From the NCBI RefSeq assembly GCF_963921235.1, contig NC_086118.1, positions 29,390,001 through 29,454,000 on the forward strand: 64,000 bases of DNA, in the 5' to 3' direction. How positions within the stretch are numbered: position 1 is the stretch's first letter; each line of letters opens with the position of its first letter. This stretch comes from Mobula hypostoma (lineage: Eukaryota). The notes under the pieces are model-generated. The model was not told the origin of the DNA. It saw only the letters and a program-made list of their open reading frames with translations, and did not search any database. Both the position numbers and the translations under genes were made by a program. Below, in pieces: positions 26,528 through 40,537 of this stretch.

Positions 26528-28957
26528 ACCAAAGAACAACAGACAGTTCCATCTCTGCTCCAGGGAAGCTCCAAGTCTCAGTTCAGCCAGCAACCTCAGC
26601 TGGCTATGGAAACAGCCAGATCCCTACCAGCTTGGAGTGGCTGGCAGCCACTTAGCTGGCCCAGGAAATAGCCAAATCCATACCACAAAGACCACTCCAA
26701 CATGTGGCAACAAGGTTCCATGAAGCAGTGGTCCTCCAACCAGGCCTAGAGATCACAAATGGTTTCATCAGCAGGTTGCTCCAAGGGGGACTGACAAACC
26801 AGCAGCCCACACTCAATCCCAAGGCTACTTATATTGCAAGCCCAAAGAGGGGAATCAGGTGCCTTTGATTTAGTCAAACAAGGGTCAGATGGAAGACCCG
26901 GAGTCCTGAGTCCATGGACCAGACTGTAAACCAGAATGGAGACTTCACAGACCGGACCATGACAATTTCAGCTTGTATGTTACTTTTAGCTCTTGTCATC
27001 AAAATTCTTAGAAGTATCTTGGTGATATGACTCATTGAACTTATGGTCCTATGTAATTCACTTTCTATTGCTCCAGGTTTCTTAGGAAGAGTGATAAATA
27101 CTGATTTTTTTCACCTCTTCTGGTATTATTCCAGTCTCATAAATGTCATTGATTAAATCAGTAAGTTTTTCAATTCCATAATCTTCAGGGGCGATAATTT
27201 GTTCTATTACTAATTTAACTAAAGAGTTAGTATAAACATTGTAAATGGCCCCTCCAGTTGCATATTTACCATTGGCGGTAAATCTAAAATAGTCTCATTC
27301 ACTTGAATGGGATCACTGATGTGGAAAAACGGAGTGAACTGACTGGTTCATTTACTTACCATGTTTAATTAATAATGCCTTTTATGATTTAGATGCTAAA
27401 TGTCTTTTTAATTGCATGTATGATGCTTTTTTTCCATTATTTATATAATCATTAGAAACAGTGGAAAAGATCCAGGGCAGCATAGGCACGAGGAATGCCT
27501 TCAGGATGGTATGGGCTGGACGTCAGGTTGCCCTGTCTCAGGCCCATTAGTTACTTGCTGTTTGATCTGTCCCATGGCGTCATACCCTGGAGGACACTAG
27601 AATTGCGATAGTTGTCTAACTTCAGTGTCTCCAGATGTAGTGAGTGCAAGGCACAGATACAACATGCCCAGTGTTTTCCTCACATTTTCATTGCTGTGTT
27701 AACCTTGAATGATATTCAGTCCTCATTATTTTCAACAAATGACTTATTTCTCGTTCTGTTCCCCCTATTTTAAACAAGCTGTCTCCAATTGTTTGCAGTG
27801 AAAGTGTGCAGTAGTGAGTGGGGAATTGAGGAGGAACTGATTCACTGACATTCACAGCTCAGGAGGAAATTATTCAACCTGTTATAAGCCTTTATTAGAA
27901 TAATGAAAAGCTGTCATCTCTTCCTTCTCTCTTCTCACAGTTACTTCTGCTTTAAATATGCATCTGTTTTCTCTTGGAGCTGCTATTGCCTTTGGCTCTG
28001 ATTCCTCTTTGTAGAAGTTTTCTTAAGCTCTCTTTCCTAGTAACTATTTCATATTGGTGACTCATTATCATTAAGTCCCCAAACACTTTGATTCAACCTT
28101 ATCAAAATATAATATTTCAAAAACTTCAAATAAATCATATCAGCTCTTTCTTCTCCAATAAAAATACACCCACCACCTAATCTGAACAGACTCGTTCTTT
28201 GTCCAGGACCTCTGTATGGCAGAACAGATGGCACCTCCTCCACATATCAGAGAGAGAACTGCTGTCTCCTGGATGAACACAAATAAACAACTTTTGACAC
28301 AAAAGGGACCTTCTGCATGGTTATTAAGATCTATATTATACACATCTCTTATACTACCAGATCCATACATGTTACTACAAGTAACAATTGCAAAATTGCT
28401 AAATCTCTGTTAAATCCATAATTTCAGAGAGTTGAATTTACACATATTAAAGCCAGAATAAGGTGGCAAATGCACTTTGTTTTATGCTTCCAAAATTCTG
28501 TTCCTTTGACGTCAATCAAATTCAGTTTGGTTAGCTGAGAATAAGCACAGTCTATTATGCCTCAGGATTATCAGTGCCCTGACAAAGCACAGGACATTCC
28601 ATGTCTATTTTGGCAATATAATCAACCTGACTTGAGGCTCAACATGAACTGGGATCAATGTTTGTCCTTGCCTTTAGACTGGAACCACACATCTGACACA
28701 CTGCTTGCAGAAGTTCGTCTCTACCCGTGACCTTGCACTGATGACACTAACGACATTGTGAGGGGAAGCAAGACGGACCTTCACAAGCACTTCAACCCAT
28801 ACGCCTACGACCCAATTTGATAAGACAGCAATGCCAATCCTGTGGAACAATGACACCAGGAATGAATTTACTGTTTCCATCTGCAGAAGGCATTCATCTT
28901 ACCCAAACTACCCCTGTGTAATACTGGATAAGATTCTTACACAATTAAGATTCATAG

Positions 28958-29280
28958 AGGTAGCAGGATAGTGTAGCTGTTAGTGCATCGCTTTACAGTA
29001 TCCATGATCACTGATCAGGATTCAATTCCCAATACGCTCCGTAAAAAGTTTCTCCCTCTGTTCTTGTGGGTTTCCCCAGGCTGCTCCAGATTCCTTACAC
29101 ATTCCAAAGATGCAAGGGTTAGGATTAGTAAATTGTGGACGTGTTATGTTGATGCCGGAAGTGTGGCAATACTTGTAGGCTGTCCAGCACAGTTCTTGAT
29201 GGTTTGATTCGATTTAAATGATACATTTCACTGTAAGTTTCGATGTTTCAATGTACGTGACAAAAAGCCAATCTTTAAGA
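28958..29280 (+). mobile_element. tRNA-derived V-SINE/HE1-like SINE
   Basis: Decayed A/B boxes (tagtgtagctg; gattcaattccc); V-domain-like gtgggtttccccaggctgctcc..cattccaaaga; same family as 58188-58520. Confidence 0.7.
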
Positions 29281-30639
29281 ACTTTGTCAGCTTCATCTAA
29301 CTAAAATCAGATAAAAAGTTTAAAAAAAATAAAGAGGTAATCTGATCTGGAGATGTGCCAGAACATGACGGGGAAGTAGAGTCAGGAAACACTTCCCCAC
29401 TACTCTAGCCCTTGTTTATTCTGCTTCAAAAAACTCTTCTGTTTTGTGGCCCTGTAGTTGCTGTGCAATGTGCAGCTAGATCCATACCAGTGGAGTGGCT
29501 ACCTGTGATGCTACGTATTAACTGCTCCCAGCCATTTGCCACAATTTCATTTTGCTCCATGAGACACCAGAAACAATTCAACATAAAAACATATAGGATT
29601 ATGCTGGCCAGAAGCCAATATTTGTACAGTAGGCATAACTCATTAACCAGGAGTATCAAACTGTGGAATACATTGTGTGCAATGAAGAAATGCATTGTCA
29701 TACACCTAACCGCATAGGGCTCTTGCCTCGTTCTCCATTGGACAGCTGGCAGACAATGGATGATATGGCCATGTGCTCAATAAATGGAAAATATCAGATA
29801 ATCCAAAGAGCAAGTATGATTATGGCTCTCAAACTCTGGAAAATATGGCATAACCTGCCCAATAAGATCTGTGTGAGAGGTTCCAATTTCATCTGCTCGG
29901 CTCTTCAGGAAGTCAGTAAGCCAATTCGTAGATTGCAAGCTTATATCTGACCAATGGGCATAATATGAAAGAGAACTATATCTGAAGAGGTAAAGTTTCC
30001 TATTTTAGAAGCTTTTTACTGTAGGAATCATCCTTTGTTTCTTGGTGCAATTTTATAACATAATCTTCCACTGAACACGTTCTCTGCTAAACAACTTAAA
30101 GAAGCATCATTGTCAGCTTGAGGCCCTGTGTGTTTTTGCTGTCAGATATTTTCCATATATTGTTTTTTGGAGGCTCGATCAAATCCAGTTTGATTGGAAG
30201 CCACACTGTAAACCTACAGTGAGGTTTTATTTAAAATTATGTATCTAAGTCATCATTGAAAACAAATGTATGGCTTTGTAAAGAACTGCACAGCCAAAAT
30301 GGGTGCATCAAAATTCTGCTTCATTGCACTTAGGATCTATCAAATCCTTAGTTTCTTGTTGACCACGGCCATAATTTTAAGCAAGAACAATAGAAAAAAA
30401 AACAGGATAGGATAGGACCCTTTTTGTTTTACACAAGATAAACTCATGGCCAATGGCAGAAATATTCTGTCTCAGATACTTTACCTTGATTTTGGAAGAA
30501 GAGAATGTTTAAAAGAGGAAGGAGATTTTAGAGGCAGGATAAACCTCCCAAGCTAGAAGGATAGAAGCCAGGTATACTTATTTTAAAAAGTTGAAGTGCT
30601 ATTTGGAGTATTATTAAAAGTTATTTAAAACAACAGAGG

Positions 30640-31770
30640 AGGGATCAGTGCCAGATAATTGGCAAAAAGCTAATATGATTTCCACAAATCCAAATGTGGC
30701 AGAGCCCAGGGGACTATAGACCAGTTGGAAAGAGGACAGAATTTTTGGTCAGGGATGTGATTGGAAGTGATTAAGAATGTGAAAATATATTAAAGAATTG
30801 TCAGCATGCAGTGTGAAAAGAAAGTTCATGCTTGGCTGACTTTCATACATGTCTTCAGTAAGTAACAGAAAGAGACAAAAGGGTGATAGAGTTTAATTAA
30901 TTTAGTGCAGATACAAGTTTTTGCTTGAGGTTAGAAGAAGCTGACCCAGTGAATGAGAAAGGGAAGGAATTGAAGACATCTATTAGAGTGGAAAAATTCA
31001 GTGTGACTGGCAAATGGATTCCAATACAGACAAGTGTAGGGTCATGCATTTTGGAAGGTCAAACGAGTGGGTCTTCTGAATGGTAGGGTCCAGGGAGTGT
31101 AACAGAATAGAATGGAGGGACCTAGGGATACAAGTACATAGCCTATTGAAAGCAGCATCACGGGTAGGCAAGATGGTGAAAAAGGTGTTTATTTTTCATC
31201 AGTCAGACATTGAGTATAGGAATTGGGACATCATGTTGCAGTTGTAGAAGCTGTTGGAGAGACCACACTTGGAAGGCTGTGTACAGATTTAGTCACCCTA
31301 TTACAGAAAAGAACTGGAAAGAGTTCAGAAAGGATTCATTAGGATGTTGCCAAGACTGATTTATGGGGGAGGTTGGGCAGGCCAGGTCTTTATTTCAAGG
31401 AACATGGGAGAATGAGGAGCGATCTTATACAAGTGTTTAAATTTATGAGAGGCATAGATAAGGTGATAGTAACAGCCTTTTCCCTAGAGTAAGGGAGTGC
31501 AAAACTAATGGACATAGATTTAGGGTGAGAGGGAAAAGATTTAAAAGTGACATAAGGGTAAATCTGAGGGTGGTATGTATATGAAATGTGCTTCCAGATG
31601 AAGGGGTTGAAGCAGGTACAATAGGATAGGTATATAGAGGGGCTGGGCTTCGAGCAATGTGGACCGAGCGTAGGAAATCAGGACAAGCTGGGTCGGTACT
31701 GTGGTCAACACAAACTAGTTGGGCCAAAGGGCCAGGTCTGTGCTGTATTTCTCTATGACAGTATGACTCT
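30640..31770 (+). mobile_element. Degraded CR1 ORF2 3' part with internal deletions
   Basis: Decayed WQMEFN.DKC.VMHFGR, RPHLE.CVQ.WSP.YRK and RGDLI.VFK motifs; ctctatgac tail. Confidence 0.75.
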
Positions 31771-34700
31771 AATTCCAATGAAAATTGATAAGTCAGCTTG
31801 TTTTGGCAGTGTTATTTTTGCTTTGGTAAACACCCTCAAGGCAACAGCAATGAAAAGCATTCCAGTTCTAAATGTTATCCTTATCACTGACTTCAAATTA
31901 GGATGCAATTTTAAAGTCCCAGACTCATCTGTTTAATGGAAGTTTCACACACGATTGTGCTTCACATTGTACTTATGGATTTGACTAGACTCACACTGGG
32001 GATGAGAATCTGAACTCAGGGAATAAATCAAAAAAAATGTATTCACAGTGCCAAATTTTTCACTTTTTCACTCTCCCTTTCCTTAACTTTTCATTTGCTC
32101 AAATCTGAACATTAACATTGTCCATTGAGATAAAAGGTCTATAAATGTCATGCTGCATACCCAAAGTACTGGACCCAGGTGTGGAGGAACAGCAGGATCC
32201 CCAGGAAGAGCCAGAAACAAGAGGTTAAACATCAGAAGCAGAGCCTTGGAGGAACAACTGAACAACACCACAAGGTACTTCATCCTCTCCAACAAAATGA
32301 CCCCACTAGGGCACTGAATGAGAAACCTTTTTGAATAATCATAGAATGCAGGAAACATGTGCCAGCCACCATTAACTTGACAAGATTAAACCAAAAACAC
32401 AAGGGTTTATCAACTCTAGTTAAGATACTGATTAGCAAATACAGGTGCTCAACAATCTAGAAGCTCAACGCTCTACGGCAAGCCGAAGGGTTCTTAAATC
32501 CTCTAATGAACACTGGTGTTTAGCACATTCTTGAGATTGGCTTAAGATGCAAAAAAAGTTCTAATCTAGAGAATGCACGTAAATAACAGGTGATAATTTG
32601 TAAACAGATTTGTGATTTGAAAATTCATAATTTATCCATGCACCTAGACATGTCAGGTAAAATTAATTGAATCCATTTCTGAACCAGGATTAACTAAACA
32701 GCTCCAAGATACTAATGATGACCTCTTATGCTATTTTAGACTTGTTTCTAATTGCATTTTTTCGCATGAATGCCTTGTTCTGCAGAATCCTTTTCTTCAG
32801 TATCATTTATAAGTTATGTATAATTAACATTCTATGTGTGGTCTGAATCTATGTCCATCTGATGTTCCTGCAGTTTGTCATTGAACCTGTACCTCACCAT
32901 AATTGTGCATGTGACAATGAACTCAGATTGACAAGACAGCTTGACTATTTTAATTGATACAAGTCAATATTACTCAATATAAATGGGGTGGGGTCATGTA
33001 AAGGTTTGAATGTCATACCAGTGATGTTTTTGTTTAATATAAAAGAGCCAGAGTGTTTTTGATGGAAGTACATGGCTAAGAATAAAACGTTAACCATAGA
33101 TAAACCCAACTATCTGTAATTGACGTGAGTAAGTTCAATTCAGGTCTTCAACGTTTTCTGTTTCAGTTGAAATCTGATAGTTCCTGTAGTTTCCTTACAA
33201 CCACAAAACCTTTAAGCATTGATATCATATTTATGTTGGTAAACCAGTTCTTTGCATAAAACAAACAAAAACGTCGACTGTACCTCTTCCAAGAGATGCT
33301 GTGTGGCCTGCTGTGTTCCCCAGCAACTTTGATGTGTGTTGCTTTGCATAAAACACTTTATTTTCAATTATGTAATCAAAAAGTTAAACAAAATACACCT
33401 GTGGTTTTGCTTTGATTTCTCAACAATTGATACATATTGAAACCGATCTAGACGTGTGGTTTGATGGGGGGGGGGGGGGGTACTGATTTCCCAATGTAAC
33501 TCTCAGTAAAATTCAGACTATTGCCAATCTCAGATCATGAAAGAAATTAAAAGTATAAAAAATTGTCAAAATGTTTACTTTCCAGTCCATGAAATTTTAG
33601 CTAATTACTTCCAATTTTGTATTTTCGCAGGTTGTAATGGAAAATATATAACATTTGCTTAGAAGACATATTTTTCATTTCAATTGTTTCGGTTCTTTGG
33701 AGCAAATTGACGGCAGCCATCTGGCAGCTGCCAATGTTTAATAAAATGTGATTCTAGTGAATTTGCCTCCATCTTTTTCACATTTATTAAGGTGAACAAT
33801 CAACACTGACTACTTCTCAGGAGCTCATGTATTGCCGTAGCTTTACTGATCAAACATCCTCGATCAAGCCTGGAAATTTACGCCCAGATGTCAAGCACTT
33901 ATTCATAAAGACATTTAAACGAGGAGTAAAATGTAAACATAATTCAAATGAATTTCAATGATATTCATTCTAGATCTTGGCAAAGTTTGTAGATCTTGAG
34001 CATAATATGACAATCAGAAATATACTCCCACCCCCAAGAATATCTGGAGACAAATCAGCTTTAGAATATGTAAATATTTGAAAAAACATATTAAGTTATA
34101 ATTTCCACAGACCAGGTTAACTAACCTTTAATCTGATCTAATGAATCTTTAGTCTTTAACTCAATAATTATTGGAAAATATTGCAAATTTCCAAACTGTC
34201 CCCGAAAAGCTGTTGGTGTGAGAGTGCTAAATGATTTGAAATATCTCACAATATAAATTCCAATGATGAATTTAATGCAGATTTAGTAGTTAATTAGTGT
34301 GATGTTTGTTCAGATATTACTTTTTAGATTGATGTCTTTCTGATATTTTTTGTTTATTTTGTTCTAGTCGTCTGTTTCCCGTGCAAGGCTATCATCGGTT
34401 GCCCAGCTCTCTCTGCCCTTGAGATGCTGGTGATGAGCTGTTACCTCGAACTGTTGTGGAAGGATTTCCAGGATATAGACCCAGACGGAAATTTCCCTGT
34501 AAACGTAACAACACTGTGTTACTGATTTTCCTTGTACTACGTCAATGCACTATTCTAAGGAAAGATCTGTATGGAAGGCATGCAAAATGAAGTTTTTCAC
34601 TGTATCTCAATACACATGACAATAATAAACTAATTTACCAATTTCCTGGTTACAGCCTGCCAGTTTGAGTACCCCCTCACTCTGTTTCCTAGCTTGGCCA

Positions 34701-37700
34701 TCAGCTTCTTCAAATTCAGCTAACAATTGTGATGTAGTTTGTTAAATATCTCCTGGGCAATCATACAAGTAATATTTATAGACATTTCCCTCTCCACCAT
34801 TTTGGTCACTTCAATAAGTTCAGTCAGATTCATCAGCAAAATCTATTCTTTACAAGTCTATGACTTTCCAAATGTTCAATATGTTCAGTTATTCATTCAT
34901 TCATTTTAGATTCTAGTCAAAAAGGAAAGCAAAAGGATGCACGATTTAACAAAAATATATCAATCTCAAATTTAAAATTGGAAGTTGTCCTATTACCCAC
35001 AGCAATTTTTGCCAGATCTGGAGAATTAACATTTGCTTGAATTGCATCACTGAACGGTTATCATTAAACAAGTGAGAGATAGCCAAAAACTTGGTCAAAG
35101 GGTAAGTTTTAATAAATGCCTTAAATACAGAAAAGAAAGAACAAGAGAACAAACAAATCTCAAATGAAATTCCAGGGCTTTCACCGCTGAGGGCACAGTG
35201 GCTAATGTTGATACAATTAAAACCACATTAGCATTAACCTATGTTGTGCACGTGTAGTTAAAAATACATGCTCAATTTTACAGATAGCCAACAGAAATGT
35301 GAATAGTGTTTGTTCAATTATTTTCACACTGCCCATATATAGACTATGCTGTATGTTTCAATTATCTTCTGCTATACCACTTGTTCCACACTTCAGATTA
35401 GTATTTGACTGACAGAAGACCATGCACTAAGCTTTGTTTCTGTCGCCACAGATACAGCCTAACTTGCTGACATGCTTGCAGTATTTCTTATCTTTTTATT
35501 GTAGTCAGTAAGTGGAACAGAGTAAACTTTAAAAAAAAGTCTTTGTAAACTCTTGTTTTGCAAGCAACATTAACCATTCCAGTAACTCTCCATAAATTAC
35601 TAGTTTAACAGTGTCACTGAGAGAATCTCAGCATATATTGGTAAACATAACTTGTCTGCTCCTCTTGCTGACGATGTGATTTGAAGCCAACAGAATGACT
35701 CACTACTGTCATCATAACAGTGATATAGCCAGCAACAAGCTCAAGCTGTACTGGAGCACAATCTTACCTCATACTTGGAAAAATATAAAGATTCCATCTG
35801 ATTTATTCTTTATGGCTTCTGGCAAGTGGGCTAATTCTGCTCCTATGTTTTATGGTCTCATGGTATGTAACGCAACGGAGTAAGAAGTGTGTGGCTGCTG
35901 TTTCCATCAAGTGCCCCACTCTTTCAGCCCAATTGAACTAAAATCAGAGAAAACTATAGAAAATATTGAGGAATTTAAAACTTGGACTATGTCCTGCATA
36001 AAATGAGATTGCCTGGTTTTTGATAGTAATCTACCACCATTGAAAGATAGAAGATAGCCCACCCACAAAACTGGTCACGCTGACTGTACAGATTCATTGT
36101 CATGGAGATTTGTATTAATAACACACTTTTTTTTAAAAAGCAGGTCTTAGGGAGGTGGGTGGCAAAGGGCTTTAATTTTGTTAATATACTATGTAACTAA
36201 CTACTGTATGTCATTCAAACTAGTTTAATTAGATTCTACCTAGATTGTTTGAACAATGTTTCAACCACTTGACAATATGTTGTACAAAGTTAATTTACTA
36301 GGTGCCAAAGATGTTCATATTTTGCGGTAAAATACATGTTCAGATGAATCAGTGGTGCTGGGTCTCTTCTCAGAACTTCATGGAATATTTTAGATGGCCA
36401 AACTTTAAAAAAAAACAGTCTAATTTGCTGCCCAACTGAGCAAGACTATGAAAGGTTTTATGTGTTTGAATGTAAAAAAACATTTGAATACAAATGCAAC
36501 TTTGAACCAGATCATTGATTTTCTTTGTCTTTCTTTTGAAAACTGTTAAGTTTTGATTCCCTTAAAATGTCTCCATATGGTTAAGAGACATTTTAATGAT
36601 GTTATCATAACAATATCAATATGAATATTGCGAAAATTCAAGTACATTAAAAAACTTATTTTTTATGAGCTGTGCTACCTTTGAGCAGAATTCAGAAAGC
36701 AGGCCAATGTTCTTTTAAAGTTAAGATCAATGTACCATATCTATGGAAATATCCAACAGCCAACTCTCCAGATAGGAGACAAAGATTGACGTACCAGAAA
36801 ACTTTCTTTATAAGACTGAATATGGGGCTGTCACCAAAAATGTGCAATTTCTATTTCAAAGAATGATGAAGCAGCTGAGTTTGAAATGTTATGGAGATTA
36901 TTTTGTTTAAAGCTCTTTCTACTAAGTACATTTTCTTCTCCTTGTGTAAGCTGTAATATTCACCAGAAAAATATATGAGTGTACTACATTGTATCAAAAT
37001 ATGTAGAAATGAGAAATCCACACCCTATAAATTTCAAATCAACCATGGTACAGCTCAGCGAATAAGTTTGAAAATGGTAAGCAACACCTAGAGAAGCATT
37101 AATACTCTGTTGATGTTAGAATTCAGCGTAACACATTTATTTTATTGTATCTAGGATATCTGAAGATTTTATGTTTATTGATTTGTTGCAGATTTTTTTA
37201 AAAAAAAAAGCTGATGTTCAGAAAGAGTTAAAGTCCAAACAGTTCCTTCTCTGTGTTTCCAGCAATTTCTGTTTTTATTTCAAAGTTCAAACAGAATTTC
37301 CTTCCTGTACATTGCTGAACAAATACTAATATAAAGTGCAGTAGAAAGTAAACAAGCTACAGATGCTTTGTGAAACCGTCCACCTACTTAGTGATATGTA
37401 CAAAGGAGGTTGGAAGGACAGATGACATGGTAAATGTTTTTATCAGTTAAATTTGATAATCCCAATCTAGTGATAACACTGATCTCATGGTTAAGAAAAC
37501 AAGCACAGACACATTTGATTCCACATTGAGACTAGACAGTAAGACTAAGATTGAAACTTGAAAGCAAGTGATAAAGAGAGATTGGTGAAATATTTCCAAA
37601 TAAGGATGTTTTGTGATTTGAAGGCAACATACAGGTGATGGTGCTGTCATACACCGGCTGCCCTTGTCCTTCTTGATGGGAAATCACTCTGAGGTTCTGA

Positions 37701-38025
37701 GAAAATTGTTTCTTACTACACATTGAAAGTGTACAGTAATTTCAGCTTGTAAAATCAAACCATTTTGGAAAAACAAAAGCAGAATTAAAAAAAAAGGCTG
37801 GAGAAAGTAAGCGCACACTTCAATAAATGGGAAACATGATAGAGAAAGCTCAGTTATTTGAAGGTACCACAACAAATTCATTAAATTTATTGAAACTCCA
37901 AAGGCTGCAGATGCTGGAATCTGGAGCAAAGAAACATACTGCTTGTGGGACTTGATGGGTTGAGCAGCATCTACGCAGGGAGAGGCATTGTCAACATTTT
38001 GGGTCAAGACATTGGACAGCCATCT

Positions 38026-38600
38026 CCATAAGACCATAAGATACGGGAGCAGAATTAAGCCATTTGGCCCATTGCATCTGCTCCACCATTTCATCATGGC
38101 TGAACCATTTTTCCTCTCAGCCCCAATCTCTTGCCTTCCCCCCATATCCCTTCATGCTCTGATCAATCAAGAATCTATCAACCTCTGCCTTAAATATATA
38201 TAAAGGCTTGTCCTCCACAGCTGCTTACGGCAACAAATTCCACAACTTCACCACTCTTTTGCAAAAGAAATTCCTCCTCATCTCCATTCTAAAATGTCAC
38301 CCCTCTATTCTGAGCTGTATCCTCTGGTTTTAGACTCTCTCACCATAGGAAACATCATTTCCACACTCACTATATCAAGATCTTTCACCATTCAATAGGT
38401 TTCATTTAGGTCACCCCTCATTCTTCCAAACTCCAGTGAATATAGGCCCAGAGCCATCAAATGCTCTTCAAATAACAATCCATTCAATCCTGGAATCATT
38501 TTCATGAACCTCCTTTGAACCAGCTCCAGTTTCAGCTACTCATCAGGGTACTCCAAATGACGCCTTACCAGAGCATTATAAACCCTTAACATTACATCCT
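38026..38600 (-). mobile_element. CR1 3' fragment
   Basis: (cataagac)n tail at 38026; same subfamily as the 3' end at 5226-6000. Confidence 0.85.
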
Positions 38601-40537
38601 TATGTACTAGGGGGTTAGTAAATCATGGCCATGTTATGTTGGTGCCAGAAGCGCAGCAATACTTATGGGCTACTGCAGCACATTCTCAACACAACTGACA
38701 GATAGGTCAAGACATTGGACCCCATTTCAGAGAGTAATGTGTGCTCCACTGTTTTGCTAGAGATCTGGAGTCACATGCAGGCCAAACATAAAGAATAAAT
38801 AGTTGAGGTTTCGGGCCGAGACTGTTTACTCTTTTCCACAGACACTGCCTGACCTTTTGAGCTCCTCCAGCGTTTTGTGTGTGTTGCTTTTGATTTCCAG
38901 CATCTGCAGACTTTCTCCAGTTTGTGGTTGACTTGTAGATTAAGCTACAAATGTTCTGCCCTGGTGGACATTAGGGAGCCAACTAGATTTTTGGAGCCTT
39001 CCAGTCATTTCCTGGTTATGATTCCTGAGGGCGACACTTCTTTTTAGTGCCACAGCTGCTATTGCGAGAATGGAATTTGGATCACAACCTCTGTATAGGT
39101 CTGTACTCTAAAAACCACTCTACCACTGCTATTGCTAACTTGGGGCAGAGCCCTAAAAATGGAGTCAGCAACCAGCTCAGAGTTCCCATTCAAGCCAATC
39201 ACCTTCAGGAATGGGCTGAATAAGAAAATCTTACAAATTACAGCATAGAATGGTGTTCCAAATGTGTCACACGACAGGGGTAATGAATTCAGATAAACGT
39301 ATTTCATCTGATTGCTGGATCGAAGGGCTCTCACATTTAAGCTTATGAAATGTATTTCTTGAAGAACTTTGAGATGTGGAGACTCAGAAACATCAAGGAA
39401 AAAATCTGTCTGTCAAAGAAGTAAAGAAAAACTATCATGGGCTCTCAAAGTTTAGTTAGATGAACTTTCATTCAGTTCACCTTGAGAAGAACTTTCAGAT
39501 GATGTGATCGTAGAAAGTGAATTAGTGGCAAACTTTTCTTCCCCAATTATGACCCCTAATTTAGCTGTTCCTTTGTCTTTCCCCATGATTTGTAACGGAG
39601 GGTAATGGCTAAGAATGGACAGTTTGGATCAAAGCCTGTGTCTGAGCAGATTCAACAGTACAGGTTTTCCAATTTTTCATTTTTATATATTCAAATCATT
39701 TGGAACTGAGCATGAGAGAAGAAATTAAGATGAGGGGATGCCCTGCGGTCTAAATGAAGCTTCATTCTTTGTGATCTCACTCTGGCCAGCATTCAGCTGC
39801 ATTTGGAATATTCCCATTGCCATGCTTGATGGAATACTGTTTATGTTTATCATCTGCCCAGCATTTGTTATATTATCTATGCTACTGTTCCAACTCTAGT
39901 TGGAGCGACTTTCTATCACTGTTTCCATTTCACAATACCTGATCACTTAATACTTAATACACTATGGTAAATTTTTAATAAGACTCAAACTCTAGATGGT
40001 AAAAATTAACCATCATTTCCTCTGATCTACTGCTTTGATATTTGGGATCAATCTTCAGATCATTCACCACTGGACAGTGTTTAAACAAAATCTGGGAGGA
40101 CTTTTGACCTCTGCAAAGTCTCGAAAAGGAAATTTAGTTTTTGCTGAAGTATGATTAAACAGAGAGCTTTATTACAATATTTCCTACTTCCACTACAGTA
40201 AGCTTTTGTCAATAGAACTTACTTATCTCCTGAACAACAAGGAACTAAGCAAAGCTTTCAGCCACTGGGAATTTTCCATAATTCAGTATACTTTTGATAA
40301 GATTACCAGTAGAACTGTTACATCCAGCGGAATGTTGTGGATGGTTTAATAATGACCAAATAGGTGGGACTACAAGTGATAGGAATTACAAAAATACAGT
40401 GGTTTCCAGTTAAATGGGACATATCCAGACCAGTATGTTTTGGCCCAATTAAGCAACTACCCCAATTAGTCAGCTTCACAAAAATAGTTAAAAACCTGTA
40501 AAAATGACAAACTACCTTTTAACTGAGTAACAGATTA

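Larger units (their letters stand above)
25396..26964. mobile_element. Solo LTR (Gypsy-like, 1569 bp) nested in RTE
   Basis: TGTCA...TGACA termini; 5-bp TSD atttc (25391-25395 / 26965-26969); no coding remnant. Confidence 0.82.
24200..27290 (-). mobile_element. RTE-clade LINE, 5'-truncated, split by a solo LTR
   Basis: EQCGFVKDKGTRNAMLMLR, KAFDKVKH, MWFLRRMQRISW..GKIEGKKARGRQR; (gat)n tail at 24200-24218; ORF continues across the insert (NIQAEI|GKEQCGF). Confidence 0.9.

Noticed and set aside
25481..26655. Many overlapping repetitive ORFs
   Set aside because: Translations of in-frame tandem repeats inside a solo LTR
33466..33480. Poly-G run as a G-quadruplex element
   Set aside because: Isolated homopolymer with no supporting context
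15802..33800. 14-mer ttaaggtgaacaat shared in inverted orientation at about 15802 and 33787
   Set aside because: Matches of this length are expected by chance in 64 kb of AT-rich DNA
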